Notes: generated from the letters alone by a model not told the origin. A stretch of 64,000 nt of DNA from Candidatus Komeilibacteria bacterium (GCA_048538235.1 JBLYPX010000001.1:521015-585014), one strand, 5' to 3'. Counted from the first letter of the stretch, positions 1 through 10,033 are shown. Numbers and translations are program-made.

Positions 1-461
1 AAAAATACAATAGCTATGGATGTGCCAATCGACCCAATACTTAAAAATAATCCCCCAAATATTTTCTTAAAAACTAAAATAAATTTTGATTCAGATTTTA
101 TATTTAATAACAAAGCAGTTCCTCTGATAACAATTCCTATTAAACCACCAAATATACTAACGCCTGTTAAAAATAATGCTGGATCTAAAAAACTCCAAAA
201 AACAAAATAACCATCATGATCATATTCGATTACTTGCAACAAAATTAAATAAACAAAACTTGTTATCAATGACCCAATAATAAGCTTGGGTAGAAACCTA
301 TAACTTCTATCTTCATTCTGAACCAATACCATCAATACACCAGCTAACATGGGCAATAATAAAAGTTGAAAACCCAACAAAAAACTAAACCAATGAGGTA
401 CTGTATAAAATATTAAACCTACTACGATTGTTATAAGTGAAATCAAATAAATTTTTTTCAT
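1..461 (-). CDS. hypothetical polytopic membrane protein, 3'-truncated by window edge (starts ATG 461, ATGA overlap with upstream stop)
   Basis: Manual minus-strand translation from ATG at 461 gives MKKIYLISLITIVVGLIFYTVPHWF... with several hydrophobic segments and no stop before position 1. Confidence 0.35.
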   Translation of the reverse strand, partial: MKKIYLISLITIVVGLIFYTVPHWFSFLLGFQLLLLPMLAGVLMVLVQNEDRSYRFLPKLIIGSLITSFVYLILLQVIEYDHDGYFVFWSFLDPALFLTGVSIFGGLIGIVIRGTALLLNIKSESKFILVFKKIFGGLFLSIGSIGTSIAIVF

Positions 462-883
462 ATCTTTGTTTTTCTAAAAATATTATTAAAATATACAAAC
501 AATAAATAACCCATGAAAACACCAACAAAATTAAGAATAATATCATCGACATCAAAAATACCAGACTTGAATAAAATTTGTAGTAATTCTAAAATTATTC
601 CCGTAATTAATGCTGTCAATAAAACACTTTTCCATTGTAATTTTTGGTATATGCCAGTAAGTAAAAACCCAAAAGGAATTAAAGCAATAATATTACCTAA
701 AATATTACGCATCGCTATTCCCCAAGTTGGTTCTCCTGAAATATACCCAAAAATAGTTTTGAAGGGAATTAAATTTGCATTACTAAAGTTAAATATCACC
801 TCAGACGGATATTTAAAAACAATTAATTTAATTAATATCACTAGATACAAAACTAAAATCACAAATAAAAAATTTCTTTTCAT
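458..883 (-). CDS. VanZ-like family membrane protein
   Basis: C-terminal motif ELLQILFKSGIFDVDDIILNFVGVFMGY matches the VanZ signature. The track ORF start at 1033 is a TTG and overlaps the upstream gene, so the internal ATG at 883 (MKRNFLFVIL, TM helix) is preferred. Confidence 0.6.
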   Translation of the reverse strand: MKRNFLFVILVLYLVILIKLIVFKYPSEVIFNFSNANLIPFKTIFGYISGEPTWGIAMRNILGNIIALIPFGFLLTGIYQKLQWKSVLLTALITGIILELLQILFKSGIFDVDDIILNFVGVFMGYLLFVYFNNIFRKTKI

Positions 884-887
884 AGGA

Positions 888-1784
888 TTACCAATAAATA
901 ATATTTTCATCATCAGACCAGAAAACGTATTCGTATCTATTTTTAGATAGTCTGTTATTTTGTTTAATAATTTCTCCGGTTTCAGTATCAGCGATAAATA
1001 TAGTCCAATATTCGGTTGGTGTATCATAATCAATTGACTCTATTTTAGCCTCAATTGCCAAGCGATTGCCGTCAAGAGAAAAAACCACATGATTAAAATC
1101 AAGTAATTTCATTTCCCCAAAATGGGAAATGAAATATACATCATTTTGTGAAGTTAAATGAATTAATCTTAAACTTAAATTTTGATTATTACAGCTATGA
1201 TCAATTTCTAAAACAGGAGGATTCTTAACACATTCACTTTCAAGAAAAACTACTTTTTGTCCATCTTTTGATTTGGCAACTAACTTACCCTTGGTTGGTA
1301 ATTCTACTGTTTTCCTTGTTTTAAAATCTAAATAATAATTGAAAAATGGTCCATTATATAGCTTTGAATCTTTTGGCCACTGCCAAGCAGAACCAATTAA
1401 AGTATCTTCCGATAGAGGTGTAAGTACGGGGTCTATATAGTTAGTGTAAAATCCTAAAGAATCCTTAATTTCTCCATTTTTCATTATTCTGGTCCAACCA
1501 ACACCACCCTCACCCTTAATATGCTTAAAAGAAAAAACATCATCATTTTTATCAATACTAAAAATAGACGGTTCATTTAAACTCAATATTTGTCCTGATA
1601 AATTATTAAATTCGGCATCTATTTCCTCGAATTTATTTTGTGTATGGCAATTAAAATATGGTGGCTGAGTTAGACAAGCATCACCACGTTTAAACCAATA
1701 CATACCCGTCAATAAACAAAACAATAGCAATAGTGATAATAAAATTGAAATGATGGTTAAAATTATTACAGCTTTATTTTTCAT
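888..1784 (-). CDS. hypothetical membrane-anchored protein (N-terminal TM, extracytoplasmic domain)
   Basis: 298 aa ORF with N-terminal hydrophobic anchor ILTIISILLSLLLLFCLL. No recognisable catalytic motif. Confidence 0.5.
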   Translation of the reverse strand: MKNKAVIILTIISILLSLLLLFCLLTGMYWFKRGDACLTQPPYFNCHTQNKFEEIDAEFNNLSGQILSLNEPSIFSIDKNDDVFSFKHIKGEGGVGWTRIMKNGEIKDSLGFYTNYIDPVLTPLSEDTLIGSAWQWPKDSKLYNGPFFNYYLDFKTRKTVELPTKGKLVAKSKDGQKVVFLESECVKNPPVLEIDHSCNNQNLSLRLIHLTSQNDVYFISHFGEMKLLDFNHVVFSLDGNRLAIEAKIESIDYDTPTEYWTIFIADTETGEIIKQNNRLSKNRYEYVFWSDDENIIYW

Positions 1785-1847
1785 ATAATTTAGTATACCT
1801 TATTTCAGGTAAACAAAAAACTTCTGCTTTCACAAAAGTTCCTTGAT

Positions 1848-1921
1848 GGTTCCGGGGGCAGGATTCGAACCTACGACATCGTGATTAACAGTCACGCGTT
1901 CTACCACTGAACTACCCCGGA
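1848..1921 (-). tRNA. tRNA-Asn (anticodon GTT), CCA encoded
   Basis: Reverse complement folds as a cloverleaf: acceptor TCCGGGG/CCCCGGA, D-stem GTTC/GAAC, anticodon stem CGTGA/TCACG with loop CTGTTAA, T-arm GTAGG-TTCGAAT-CCTGC, discriminator A plus CCA. Confidence 0.9.
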
Positions 1922-1930
1922 ATAAATAAA

Positions 1931-1952
1931 AACCGGCCCTCGCAGGCCGGTT
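1931..1952 (-). terminator. GC-rich hairpin (ccggcc-ctcgca-ggccgg) followed by a U-tract on the minus strand, between the SIMPL gene and tRNA-Asn
   Basis: Perfect 6-bp GC stem flanked by aa/tt. The minus strand continues tttatttatt directly into the tRNA 5' end. Confidence 0.45.
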
Positions 1953-2068
1953 ATCAAAATATAAAGATTTCCGCCTGCTTAGCTGCCGGTATTATTATTG
2001 TTATTATTCAATTCTGCGGAATATAATTTCATACTAAATATATATTAACAGGATTACGGTAATAAGTC

Positions 2069-2096
2069 AAACCCCCTATTAAAATAGGGGGTTTTA
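2069..2096. terminator. hairpin acccccta-ttaaaa-tagggggt with T-rich flank, just downstream of the SIMPL gene stop
   Basis: 8-bp stem. The plus-side flank is ttttattatttta and the minus-side flank is only ttt, so it is likely the terminator of gene 2102-2866. Confidence 0.5.
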
Positions 2097-2101
2097 TTAT
2101 T

Positions 2102-2866
2102 TTATTTAATCTTATACACAAGTGTTACATTTACAGTTACTTCCATTTCACCTGAAGCTATGTCTGGGATTGGACCGCCACCACCACCAATTCCAGCAGA
2201 TACAGACTCTGCATAAGCAAAATCATTTCTGTACATTGGTTGAGGGTTGGAGGATTCATAAATATTCACAATATCTCCTAATGAAATACCGGCCGCATCA
2301 GCAATAGCTTGTGCTTTTTCTTTAGCCTTAGCTATAGCATCTACTCTAGCCTCTGCTTGCAGCTCATCTTGATCATCTATAGTAAAGCTAACATTACCAA
2401 TTTGGTTAGCACCAACAGATGATACAGCTTCCACAATTTCACCAATCTTTTCTAAATCTCTAATCTTTACAGTAGCTGCTTGATATAGTTCATAACCAAT
2501 TAAGTTTCTAATACCATCTTCTCTACCATAACTATATACTGGATTTAAGTTATATTGAGTTGTTTTAACATCTTTGTCCTCTACTTCAAGTTCAGCTAAT
2601 TTTGCCATTACAGCATTCATTTTTTCTGTACCGGCTTTAGTAGCACCTACTGCTTCATTAAAACGTTCAGTTTGAACACCAAAAGAAATAGTTGCAATAT
2701 CTGGCTTAGCAAATACCTCACCTTCAGCAGATACTGACATTTGGTTCATATTAGGATTAACAATCCTATCGCGAAGTATAGATAATACTCCTAAGGCAAT
2801 AACACCAACAATAAGTACTAAAGATAGTATATATTTTGGTTCTTGCCATTTACATTCTTTTTCCAT
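2102..2866 (-). CDS. SIMPL-domain protein (DUF541/YggE-like periplasmic protein)
   Basis: N-terminal TM anchor, then the typical SIMPL pattern (VSAEGEV...ATISFGV...YNLNPVYSY...) and a C-terminal glycine-rich GIGGGGGP segment. Confidence 0.75.
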   Translation of the reverse strand: MEKECKWQEPKYILSLVLIVGVIALGVLSILRDRIVNPNMNQMSVSAEGEVFAKPDIATISFGVQTERFNEAVGATKAGTEKMNAVMAKLAELEVEDKDVKTTQYNLNPVYSYGREDGIRNLIGYELYQAATVKIRDLEKIGEIVEAVSSVGANQIGNVSFTIDDQDELQAEARVDAIAKAKEKAQAIADAAGISLGDIVNIYESSNPQPMYRNDFAYAESVSAGIGGGGGPIPDIASGEMEVTVNVTLVYKIK

Positions 2867-2872
2867 ATTTTT

Positions 2873-5530
2873 TTAATTACTTATTAAAACTCTTTTATGT
2901 CGAGCTATAAATATATATTTAATTAACTCTATTAATAATATTACTACTAAACTTGCGCCCAATACTATTCCCCATTCCATCATATTTAAAGCTGTAGTTC
3001 TTAATATTCTCTGAAAGAAAGGAATATAGAGCGCTAATAATTGTACCATAAACCCTCCAACAACTGCTAGTATTAAAAATTTATTAGCAAAAAAACCTTT
3101 ATGTAAAATGGAATGTCTTAAAGATCTGCAACTGAATACATATAGTAATGAATCTACTCCCAAGGTGGCAAAGACAAGCGATCTAGCTAAACTAAGATCT
3201 CCAGTATGAGTATAGTATAGGTGGAAGATAATTAAACTAGATATAGCCGTTACCAAAGAAATGGTAGCAATTAGTATATTTCGTTCTGCGTCTAAGATTG
3301 GTTTTTGTCTTTCTTGAGGCGGTTCTTGCATTATTTCTTTCTCTTCTGGTTCAACCGTTAATGCCATATTAGGAAAACCGTCTGTTACTAAATTAATCCA
3401 AAGTATTTGAGCTGGTAATAAAGGTAATGGCCAGCCTAGTATTAAACTACCCATAATTAATAAAACTTCTGAGAATGAATCAGAAAGGAGATATAGTATT
3501 ACTTTTTTAATATTGTCATATATTACCCTACCTTGTTCTATAGCAGCAGCTATGGCTGAGTAATTATTATTCATTAAAACAAGATCAGCTGTTTCTTTAG
3601 CAATATCTGTACCTGAACCTAGGGCTACGCCAATATCTGCCTGTTTTAAGGCTGGCGCATCATTAATGCCATCACCAGTCATAGCCACAACTTCACCGTG
3701 ACTTTGCAAGGCTTTAACTATTCTTAATTTATCGTGTGGAGATACGCGGGCGTATATAACTATTTTTTTAACAACTTTAGCTAAATCAATATCGCTCATA
3801 CTAAGCATATCTTTTCCTTCAATAATGGCATCTCTGCCAATCTTTAATCCCAAGTCTTCAGCAATAGCCTTAGCTGTCTCTTTATTATCCCCTGTTATTA
3901 TTATTGTTTTAACACCAGCTTTACCTATTAAATGCAATGTTCTTTTAGTATCTGGTCTTAATGGATCTTTCATGGCTAAAAAGCCAACAATGGTCAAATC
4001 TTGTAATGCTGTTTCTAAGTTTAACTCTAATCCTAGTTTTTCTTCCCTGTAAGCTACTGCTACAACTCTTAATTTCTTTTTAGCAAGCTTAGAAAGCTTT
4101 GCCTTTAATTCTTTTTTAACCTTAGGTGTTAATTTAATAGCTACACCACTCTTTTCTACTTTAGTGGCTGCTTCTAAAATATATTCTGGAGCACCCTTTA
4201 AATATATTATCTTCTTTGTTTTAGATAATTTATGGGCTGTAGCCATAAATTTATTAGATGAATCAAAAGGTATCTCAGCAATACGTGGCAAATCCTTTTC
4301 TAAGATCTTTCTTTGTAAGCCAATTTGTGATCCGGCAAGCAGTAATGCTTTTTCTGTAGCAGAACCTATTGGCCTTCCTTCTCTGTCAAACTCTGCGTCA
4401 TTACACATAATAGCTGCCTTTAAAGTTGAGAAAACAGATAAAGATGAATCTACTTTTTTCTTTTTTGTATTTGTAAAATCAAACTCTTCATTAGCTGTAG
4501 CAATATGCACAACTCTCATCTCACCCTCTGTTAATGTTCCTGTTTTATCTGTACAAATAACTGTTGTACTACCTAATGTTTCAGCGGCTACTAATTTTTT
4601 AACTAAAGCTTTCTTTTTTAATACTCTTTGCATACCAATAGCTAGTATTACTGTAACAGCTACGGCTAACCCTTCTGGAATAGCAGCGACTGCAATAGCT
4701 ACGGCTGTATTAAACATTAGAACCAAATCATTACCATAAAAAGCACCAATGCCAAAAATTGCTAAGCAAATAAATAGTATTATTAAACCTAATTTACGAC
4801 TAAACTTATTTAACTTTTTCTGTAAAGGAGTTTCTTCATCTTCAGTGTCTTTAAGAAGTTTTGCTATTTTACCAATCTCTGTATTTATACCAGTAGCTAC
4901 TATAACTGCCTTACCAACACCGCGAGACACTAAAGTGCTCATGTATACCATATTCTTTCTATCTGCTAGCGCTAATCCTGTAGACATTCTATCTATACTT
5001 TTATTAACTGGGGCAGACTCGCCTGTTAAAGCAGCTTCTTCAACCTCTAAATCGTATGCTTCAATAAGTCTAGCATCAGCTGGTATTCTATCTCCGGCTT
5101 TTAAGAAAATAATATCTCCTGGTACAAGTTCTGCAGCAGATATCTCCTTTTTACCACCATCTCTTAACACTAAAGCTTTAGCAACGATAACAGACTGTAA
5201 TTTTTGCAAAGCTTTCTGAGCCTTACCTTCTTGTATAAACCCAATAATTACATTTAGAAAAACAGCTACAAAAATAATATATGCATCAATATGTTCTCCT
5301 AAAAACATACTAACAATACCTGCTATTAGCAAAATATATATTAATGCACTTTTAAACTGATTAAAAAAGATAGCCACTCTTGTTAACCTTTTACCCCTGG
5401 GTAAAGAGTTGCTACCAATTACTTTTAGTCTTTTTTTAGCTTCTGAGGTGCTTAAACCATCAACACTACTGTGTAAACGATTGAATACAACCTTTATTCC
5501 AAAGCTGTGCCAAGTAATATTATTATTCAT
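2873..5530 (-). CDS. cation-transporting P-type ATPase (P2-type, Ca2+/Mg2+-ATPase-like)
   Basis: 885 aa with DKTGTLT phosphorylation motif, TGES actuator motif, TGDN and GDGINDAPAL hinge motifs, and about 10 TM segments. Confidence 0.9.
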   Translation of the reverse strand: MNNNITWHSFGIKVVFNRLHSSVDGLSTSEAKKRLKVIGSNSLPRGKRLTRVAIFFNQFKSALIYILLIAGIVSMFLGEHIDAYIIFVAVFLNVIIGFIQEGKAQKALQKLQSVIVAKALVLRDGGKKEISAAELVPGDIIFLKAGDRIPADARLIEAYDLEVEEAALTGESAPVNKSIDRMSTGLALADRKNMVYMSTLVSRGVGKAVIVATGINTEIGKIAKLLKDTEDEETPLQKKLNKFSRKLGLIILFICLAIFGIGAFYGNDLVLMFNTAVAIAVAAIPEGLAVAVTVILAIGMQRVLKKKALVKKLVAAETLGSTTVICTDKTGTLTEGEMRVVHIATANEEFDFTNTKKKKVDSSLSVFSTLKAAIMCNDAEFDREGRPIGSATEKALLLAGSQIGLQRKILEKDLPRIAEIPFDSSNKFMATAHKLSKTKKIIYLKGAPEYILEAATKVEKSGVAIKLTPKVKKELKAKLSKLAKKKLRVVAVAYREEKLGLELNLETALQDLTIVGFLAMKDPLRPDTKRTLHLIGKAGVKTIIITGDNKETAKAIAEDLGLKIGRDAIIEGKDMLSMSDIDLAKVVKKIVIYARVSPHDKLRIVKALQSHGEVVAMTGDGINDAPALKQADIGVALGSGTDIAKETADLVLMNNNYSAIAAAIEQGRVIYDNIKKVILYLLSDSFSEVLLIMGSLILGWPLPLLPAQILWINLVTDGFPNMALTVEPEEKEIMQEPPQERQKPILDAERNILIATISLVTAISSLIIFHLYYTHTGDLSLARSLVFATLGVDSLLYVFSCRSLRHSILHKGFFANKFLILAVVGGFMVQLLALYIPFFQRILRTTALNMMEWGIVLGASLVVILLIELIKYIFIARHKRVLISN

Positions 5531-5588
5531 AAATAACTGTTAATTTAAAATAATTATACCAGAAATGGGCATTTTTGACGAACTAATC

Positions 5589-5617
5589 TTGACACAGTAA
5601 TACATTTTATATATAAT
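5589..5617 (+). promoter_or_regulatory. near-consensus sigma70 promoter (TTGACA-17 bp-TATAAT) driving tRNA-Lys
   Basis: TTGACA at 5589-5594, 17-bp spacer, TATAAT at 5612-5617, about 18 nt upstream of the tRNA 5' end. Confidence 0.6.
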
Positions 5618-5634
5618 ACTAGCGTTATTTTCGT

Positions 5635-5711
5635 GCGCGCATAGCTCAGCCTGGTAGAGCAACTGCCTTTTAAGCAGATGGTCGGGGGTTCAAATCCCTC
5701 TGCGCGTACCA
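5635..5711 (+). tRNA. tRNA-Lys (anticodon TTT), CCA encoded
   Basis: Acceptor GCGCGCA/TGCGCGT (G1-U72), D-stem GCTC/GAGC, anticodon loop CTTTTAA, T-arm GGGGG-TTCAAAT-CCCTC, ACCA end. Confidence 0.9.
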
Positions 5712-5716
5712 GTTTT

Positions 5717-5744
5717 AACCCTTTTTCTAAAGGGTTTTTTTGTT
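5717..5744 (+). terminator. rho-independent terminator after tRNA-Lys
   Basis: aacccttt-ttct-aaagggtt hairpin followed by tttttgtt. Confidence 0.6.
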
Positions 5745-5830
5745 AATAACTAGGTGGACAATATATGCATAAAAAATACTGGACTTATTGTGTTTTTTTG
5801 GTAAAATACATAGGCTATTAACATACAAAT

Positions 5831-7216
5831 ATGGCTAATGAAATAACTAAATTACCTCCACAAAATATTGAAGCTGAGCAATCTGTGCTTGGTTCTTTGC
5901 TTATAGACAAAGAAGCTATTACTAAAGTAGTAAATGTTGTTGCCCCAGAAGATTTCTATAAAGATGCGCATAGATTTATTTTTGAAGCTGCTTTAGAGTT
6001 ATTTGAAAAACGTGAACCAATAGATACTCTATCTTTGGCTAGCCTTTTAACAGATAAGGGTAACTTAGATAAAATTGGTGGTAAAAGCTATTTAGCATCA
6101 TTATCTAATTCTGTACCAACTGCTTCCAATGTTGCTTCTTATGCAGAAATAGTTCAAAAGAAATCTACCTTAAGAAGACTAATTAAAGCTGCTGCAGATA
6201 TTGCAGCCATGGGATATGATGAAGTTACAGAAATAGATTCTTTACTAGATGAATCTGAACAAAAGCTTTTCAATATTTCGCAGAGATTCTTAAAAGAAGA
6301 GTTTACTCCAATTAAGAATGTTTTACATGGCACTTTTGATCGTATTGATGAGTTACATAAAGGAGCCGGTAAAATTAGAGGTTTATCTACTGGTTTTAAA
6401 GATTTAGACAATATCTTAGCAGGACTTCAAAACTCTGACTTGGTTATTCTAGCTGCTCGTCCTTCTGTTGGTAAAACTTCTATTGCCTTAGACATGGCCA
6501 GACATATTGCTACTGAAGGTAAAAAAAGTGTTGGTATCTTTTCTTTAGAAATGAGTAAAGAACAGCTAGTAGATAGATTATTATGCGCTCAAGCAGATGT
6601 TTCATTATGGAAAATGAGAACAGGTAAATTGTCAGATAAAAACACAGATGATGACTTCCCTAGAATTGGACAAGCTATGGGTGTTTTATCTGAAGCACAA
6701 ATATTTATTGATGACTCTGCTTCTTGTAATATTATGGAGATTAGAACAAAGGCTAGAAGGCTTAAAATGGAATACGGTCTAGACCTAATGATTGTTGACT
6801 ACTTACAGCTAATGGAAGGTAGAAGTTCTCATGGAGATAACCGTGTACAAGAAATTGCCGAAATTAGTCGTGCTTTAAAGAGTATTGCCCGTGAATTAGA
6901 TATACCAGTTCTAGCTTTATCTCAATTGTCTCGTGCTGTTGAACAATCTAAACCAGCTATACCTAAACTTGCTCATTTAAGAGATTCTGGATCTATTGAG
7001 CAGGATGCTGATGTAGTAATGTTTATTTACAGAAAAGCTGCAGATAGAAACTATAGATTAGAAGACTTGTCTCCAGAAGAAAAAACTTCTGCTGAAGTTC
7101 ATGTTGCTAAACACAGAAATGGTCCTACTGGTATGGTAAAACTATTTTTCGACACTGAACCTGTTAGCTTTAAAACAGTAGCTAAGGAACAGTACGATAT
7201 TCCCCCAGAATTTTAA
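5831..7216 (+). CDS. dnaB: replicative DNA helicase DnaB
   Basis: 461 aa with an N-terminal DnaB domain (NIEAEQSVLGSLL), Walker A ARPSVGKTS and a RecA-like C-terminal domain. Confidence 0.9.
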   Translation: MANEITKLPPQNIEAEQSVLGSLLIDKEAITKVVNVVAPEDFYKDAHRFIFEAALELFEKREPIDTLSLASLLTDKGNLDKIGGKSYLASLSNSVPTASNVASYAEIVQKKSTLRRLIKAAADIAAMGYDEVTEIDSLLDESEQKLFNISQRFLKEEFTPIKNVLHGTFDRIDELHKGAGKIRGLSTGFKDLDNILAGLQNSDLVILAARPSVGKTSIALDMARHIATEGKKSVGIFSLEMSKEQLVDRLLCAQADVSLWKMRTGKLSDKNTDDDFPRIGQAMGVLSEAQIFIDDSASCNIMEIRTKARRLKMEYGLDLMIVDYLQLMEGRSSHGDNRVQEIAEISRALKSIARELDIPVLALSQLSRAVEQSKPAIPKLAHLRDSGSIEQDADVVMFIYRKAADRNYRLEDLSPEEKTSAEVHVAKHRNGPTGMVKLFFDTEPVSFKTVAKEQYDIPPEF

Positions 7217-7290
7217 GTCACCCCAAAAATTCGTCGCAAGGCTCCTCAGCTTTCGGGGACCCCGACTATTAATAAATAACATAAAAACAA

Positions 7291-7560
7291 ATGTCATTAT
7301 TTTCTAAACTAGGAGATATTAAAGAAATGAAGAGCCAGGCACAAGCTATGCAAGCTATGCTCGCTCAAGAAAAGGTAACCACCGAGTATAAAGGGATTAG
7401 TATTACTATGGACGGTAACCAAGAAATATTAGATGTTCAAGTTTCTGATGAAGCTTTTAATAACAAAGAAGAATTTGCAGCTAATTTAAAAACTGCTTTA
7501 GCAGATAGTATTAAAAAAGTACAAAGATTAATGGCTACCAAATTAGGTGGCATGATGTAA
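7291..7560 (+). CDS. ybaB: YbaB/EbfC family nucleoid-associated protein
   Basis: 89 aa with a typical YbaB pattern (MQAMLAQEKV...GNQEILDVQV), immediately upstream of recR as in the conserved ybaB-recR pair. Confidence 0.8.
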   Translation: MSLFSKLGDIKEMKSQAQAMQAMLAQEKVTTEYKGISITMDGNQEILDVQVSDEAFNNKEEFAANLKTALADSIKKVQRLMATKLGGMM

Positions 7561-7561
7561 T

Positions 7562-8161
7562 ATGCAATACTTACCAAAAGCTGTTGAGCGTTTAATACGC
7601 CAGTTCGACAAATTACCAGGCATTGGACCTAAAACTAGTGAAAAGCTAGTCTTTCATCTTTTAGGCAGACCTAAAGAAGATTTGCAAGAATTTGCAGATT
7701 CTTTAATTCAAGCTAGAGAAGATATTACAACTTGTCCGCTTTGTTTTAATTATGCAGACACTACTCCTTGTTCCATCTGTGGAGATAAAAACAGAGTTAA
7801 GGATAAAATATGTGTGGTTGCTGAAACAGCAGACGTACAAGCTATTGAAAAGTTACAAGCTTTTGATGGAGTCTTTCATGTTTTACATGGAATGATTAAT
7901 CCACCAGAAGGATTAACACCAGATAAACTAAAGATTAAAGAGTTACAAGAAAGAATTAATAAACATAAACCTAAAGAAATAATCCTTGCTTTAAATCATG
8001 ACATCAATGGTGAAACCACTTCCTTGTATTTAGCTAAACTATTAAAGAACAGTCATGTCAAAATAACTAGACTAGCTAAAGGGTTACCGTCGGGTAGTGA
8101 AATAGAGTATGCAGATGATATTACTCTGTCCTATGCTTTTAAAGATAGAAAAGAATTATAG
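7562..8161 (+). CDS. recR: recombination protein RecR
   Basis: 199 aa with HhH motif (LPGIGPKTSEKL), C4 zinc finger CPLCFNYADTTPCSIC and a Toprim domain. Confidence 0.9.
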   Translation: MQYLPKAVERLIRQFDKLPGIGPKTSEKLVFHLLGRPKEDLQEFADSLIQAREDITTCPLCFNYADTTPCSICGDKNRVKDKICVVAETADVQAIEKLQAFDGVFHVLHGMINPPEGLTPDKLKIKELQERINKHKPKEIILALNHDINGETTSLYLAKLLKNSHVKITRLAKGLPSGSEIEYADDITLSYAFKDRKEL

Positions 8162-8165
8162 ATAA

Positions 8166-8203
8166 CAAAAAAACAACTGAATCACTTCAGTTGTTTTTTT
8201 ATT
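8166..8203. terminator. bidirectional terminator shared by the convergent recR and rplU
   Basis: acaactgaa-tcac-ttcagttgt hairpin with an A-tract 5' and a T-tract 3'. Confidence 0.6.
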
Positions 8204-8207
8204 TGTA

Positions 8208-8519
8208 TTAAACTCTTGTAATTTCTAATTCAGTAAAAGCTTGTCTATGACCGAAAGTCTTCTTGTAACGAGTCTTATTCTTATACTTCACTACTTTGAC
8301 CTTCTTAGCCTTTGCTTGACGTAATACTTTAGCTTCAACAGTTTCTTTTAGAGTAGGCTTACCTAATTCTAATTTAGAACCTTTTTCATCACTTTTTAGT
8401 AATACATCTTTTATTTCAAGTTTTTCTCCTGGTTCGCCAATAAGTTTCTCAACTTTAACCTTATCTCCTTTTTTTACAACATATTGTTTACCACCAGTTT
8501 TGATTACAGCGATTGTCAT
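8208..8519 (-). CDS. rplU: 50S ribosomal protein L21
   Basis: 103 aa, MTIAVIKTGGKQYVVKKGD..., typical L21. Confidence 0.9.
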   Translation of the reverse strand: MTIAVIKTGGKQYVVKKGDKVKVEKLIGEPGEKLEIKDVLLKSDEKGSKLELGKPTLKETVEAKVLRQAKAKKVKVVKYKNKTRYKKTFGHRQAFTELEITRV

Positions 8520-8582
8520 ATTTTCTGATTATAATTAAAAATTAAGTATGAAAGTATGGATATTATATGGTAAAAAAGGATA

Positions 8583-9665
8583 TTAGTCAATACTCTGTTG
8601 TTTAGCTGCTTTTTTAACCAGAAAAAAGGCTAAAATGACCATAAATAGCACTAATATACCCAAAGTGGTAAGTTTACCCATTGTTTGCTGTGAAATGGAA
8701 ATTAGGCCAAAAATACCCGTAATTACGTAAAGGAAAATAACCGCTTGTCTATGAGATAAGCCAATATCTAATAATCTATGGTGCAGATGCTTTTTATCTG
8801 CCTGAGCTATCCTACCATGGTTAAAAAATAGTCTCCGTATTATTACCCAAGCTACGTCTAAAATTGGCAATCCCATAACAAGTAAAGCAGTTGCTATTTT
8901 ACCACCAGATATTATTGCCAGTACTCCTAAAATGAATCCAATTAATACACTACCCCCTTCTCCCAGAAATATTTTAGCTGGGTGCCAGTTCCAAACAAGA
9001 AAACCAAGTAAAGCACCTGCAGATATTAATGCAAGTATTGAAGTGGCTGAATTTGCAACATCCCAGAATAAAGAAACAAAATATATTATTAAACTACCAA
9101 TAATACCAATACCAGAAGCCAAGCCATCTAAACCATCTAATAATTTAGTAACATACATCATTCCCATAAGCCAAGCAAAGGTAAATAGATCAGCAATAAC
9201 TGTAAAGTAATATGGTAAGCCATCATACCAGAATAATAATATTTTGTATTGATCAAAATGTATAAAGCCACCAAATGGATTGGTAATATACTTTATACCA
9301 ATACCAGCTATAATAACTATGATAGTAGCTAGTATTGGAAATATTATTTGGTAACGAGCTCTTAAATTATATTTATCATCTATTACTCCCCCAATCATTA
9401 TTACAATACTTGCTAAAATTATTCCTAATAAATGTTTAGCTTCTATTACCCCATCTAATAAATGATTCCAAAAGATTAAGATAGAAATGGTAAAAGATAA
9501 AAAAACAGCTACGCCTCCCATGAGTGGCATAACTTTATCGTGTACCTTACGTGGTGCTGGTATATCTGCAATATTAAATTTATTGGCAAAATACCGTACC
9601 GGATAAACAAGTACTAAAGCTAAACAAAAGCTAATAATTAATGGAATTAAATGAAATAATGACAT
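8583..9665 (-). CDS. polyprenyl-phosphate N-acetylhexosamine-1-phosphate transferase, MraY/WecA (PNPT/GT4) family, WecA-like
   Basis: 360 aa polytopic membrane protein with hallmark LDGLDGLA motif, DDxxN motif and C-terminal HLHHRLL (WecA/TagO-like rather than the MraY HHHFE). Confidence 0.7.
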   Translation of the reverse strand: MSLFHLIPLIISFCLALVLVYPVRYFANKFNIADIPAPRKVHDKVMPLMGGVAVFLSFTISILIFWNHLLDGVIEAKHLLGIILASIVIMIGGVIDDKYNLRARYQIIFPILATIIVIIAGIGIKYITNPFGGFIHFDQYKILLFWYDGLPYYFTVIADLFTFAWLMGMMYVTKLLDGLDGLASGIGIIGSLIIYFVSLFWDVANSATSILALISAGALLGFLVWNWHPAKIFLGEGGSVLIGFILGVLAIISGGKIATALLVMGLPILDVAWVIIRRLFFNHGRIAQADKKHLHHRLLDIGLSHRQAVIFLYVITGIFGLISISQQTMGKLTTLGILVLFMVILAFFLVKKAAKQQSID

Positions 9666-10033
9666 TAATGTCTATCTATATATGTTTGTAATATTTGCAT
9701 AGCAGCTACTGCATCGTCTTCTTTTATTCCCAAGCTCTGAGCTGCCTTACTAGACAATCTTTCATCTGCTGTAACAATCTTAATATTCTTCTCTTCTAAA
9801 GATTTAATAAACTTCTCTGTATGTTCTGTTTGGTCTGTTCTATTTTGTTTTAAGCTCATTGGTAAACCAATTACAACTAAATCTATATTTTCTGCATTAA
9901 TGACTTCTTCAACTAATTCTAATTGTTTATTTAAATCTGTTTCTTTAATAATTTTAAAAGGAATAGCCATTTTACCATCAGCAATCGCCAGTCCTATCTT
10001 TGACATACCATAATCTATTCCTAATATTCTCAT
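9665..10033 (-). CDS. ruvX: Holliday-junction resolvase-like putative nuclease RuvX/YqgF
   Basis: 122 aa, MRILGIDYGMSKIGLAIADG... with conserved acidic residues. Confidence 0.8.
   Translation of the reverse strand: MRILGIDYGMSKIGLAIADGKMAIPFKIIKETDLNKQLELVEEVINAENIDLVVIGLPMSLKQNRTDQTEHTEKFIKSLEEKNIKIVTADERLSSKAAQSLGIKEDDAVAAMQILQTYIDRH

Noticed and set aside
16-210. 64 aa plus-strand ORF at the window start
   Set aside because: Antisense to the edge-truncated membrane-protein gene (1-461, minus strand), which has a proper ATGA-coupled start.
513-950. 145 aa plus-strand ORF
   Set aside because: Antisense to the VanZ-like gene. Lys/Ile-rich low-complexity product.
3825-5219. Three plus-strand ORFs (75, 191 and 156 aa) inside the P-type ATPase gene
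   Set aside because: All are antisense to a confidently identified 885 aa ATPase. The compositions are low complexity. These are shadow ORFs.
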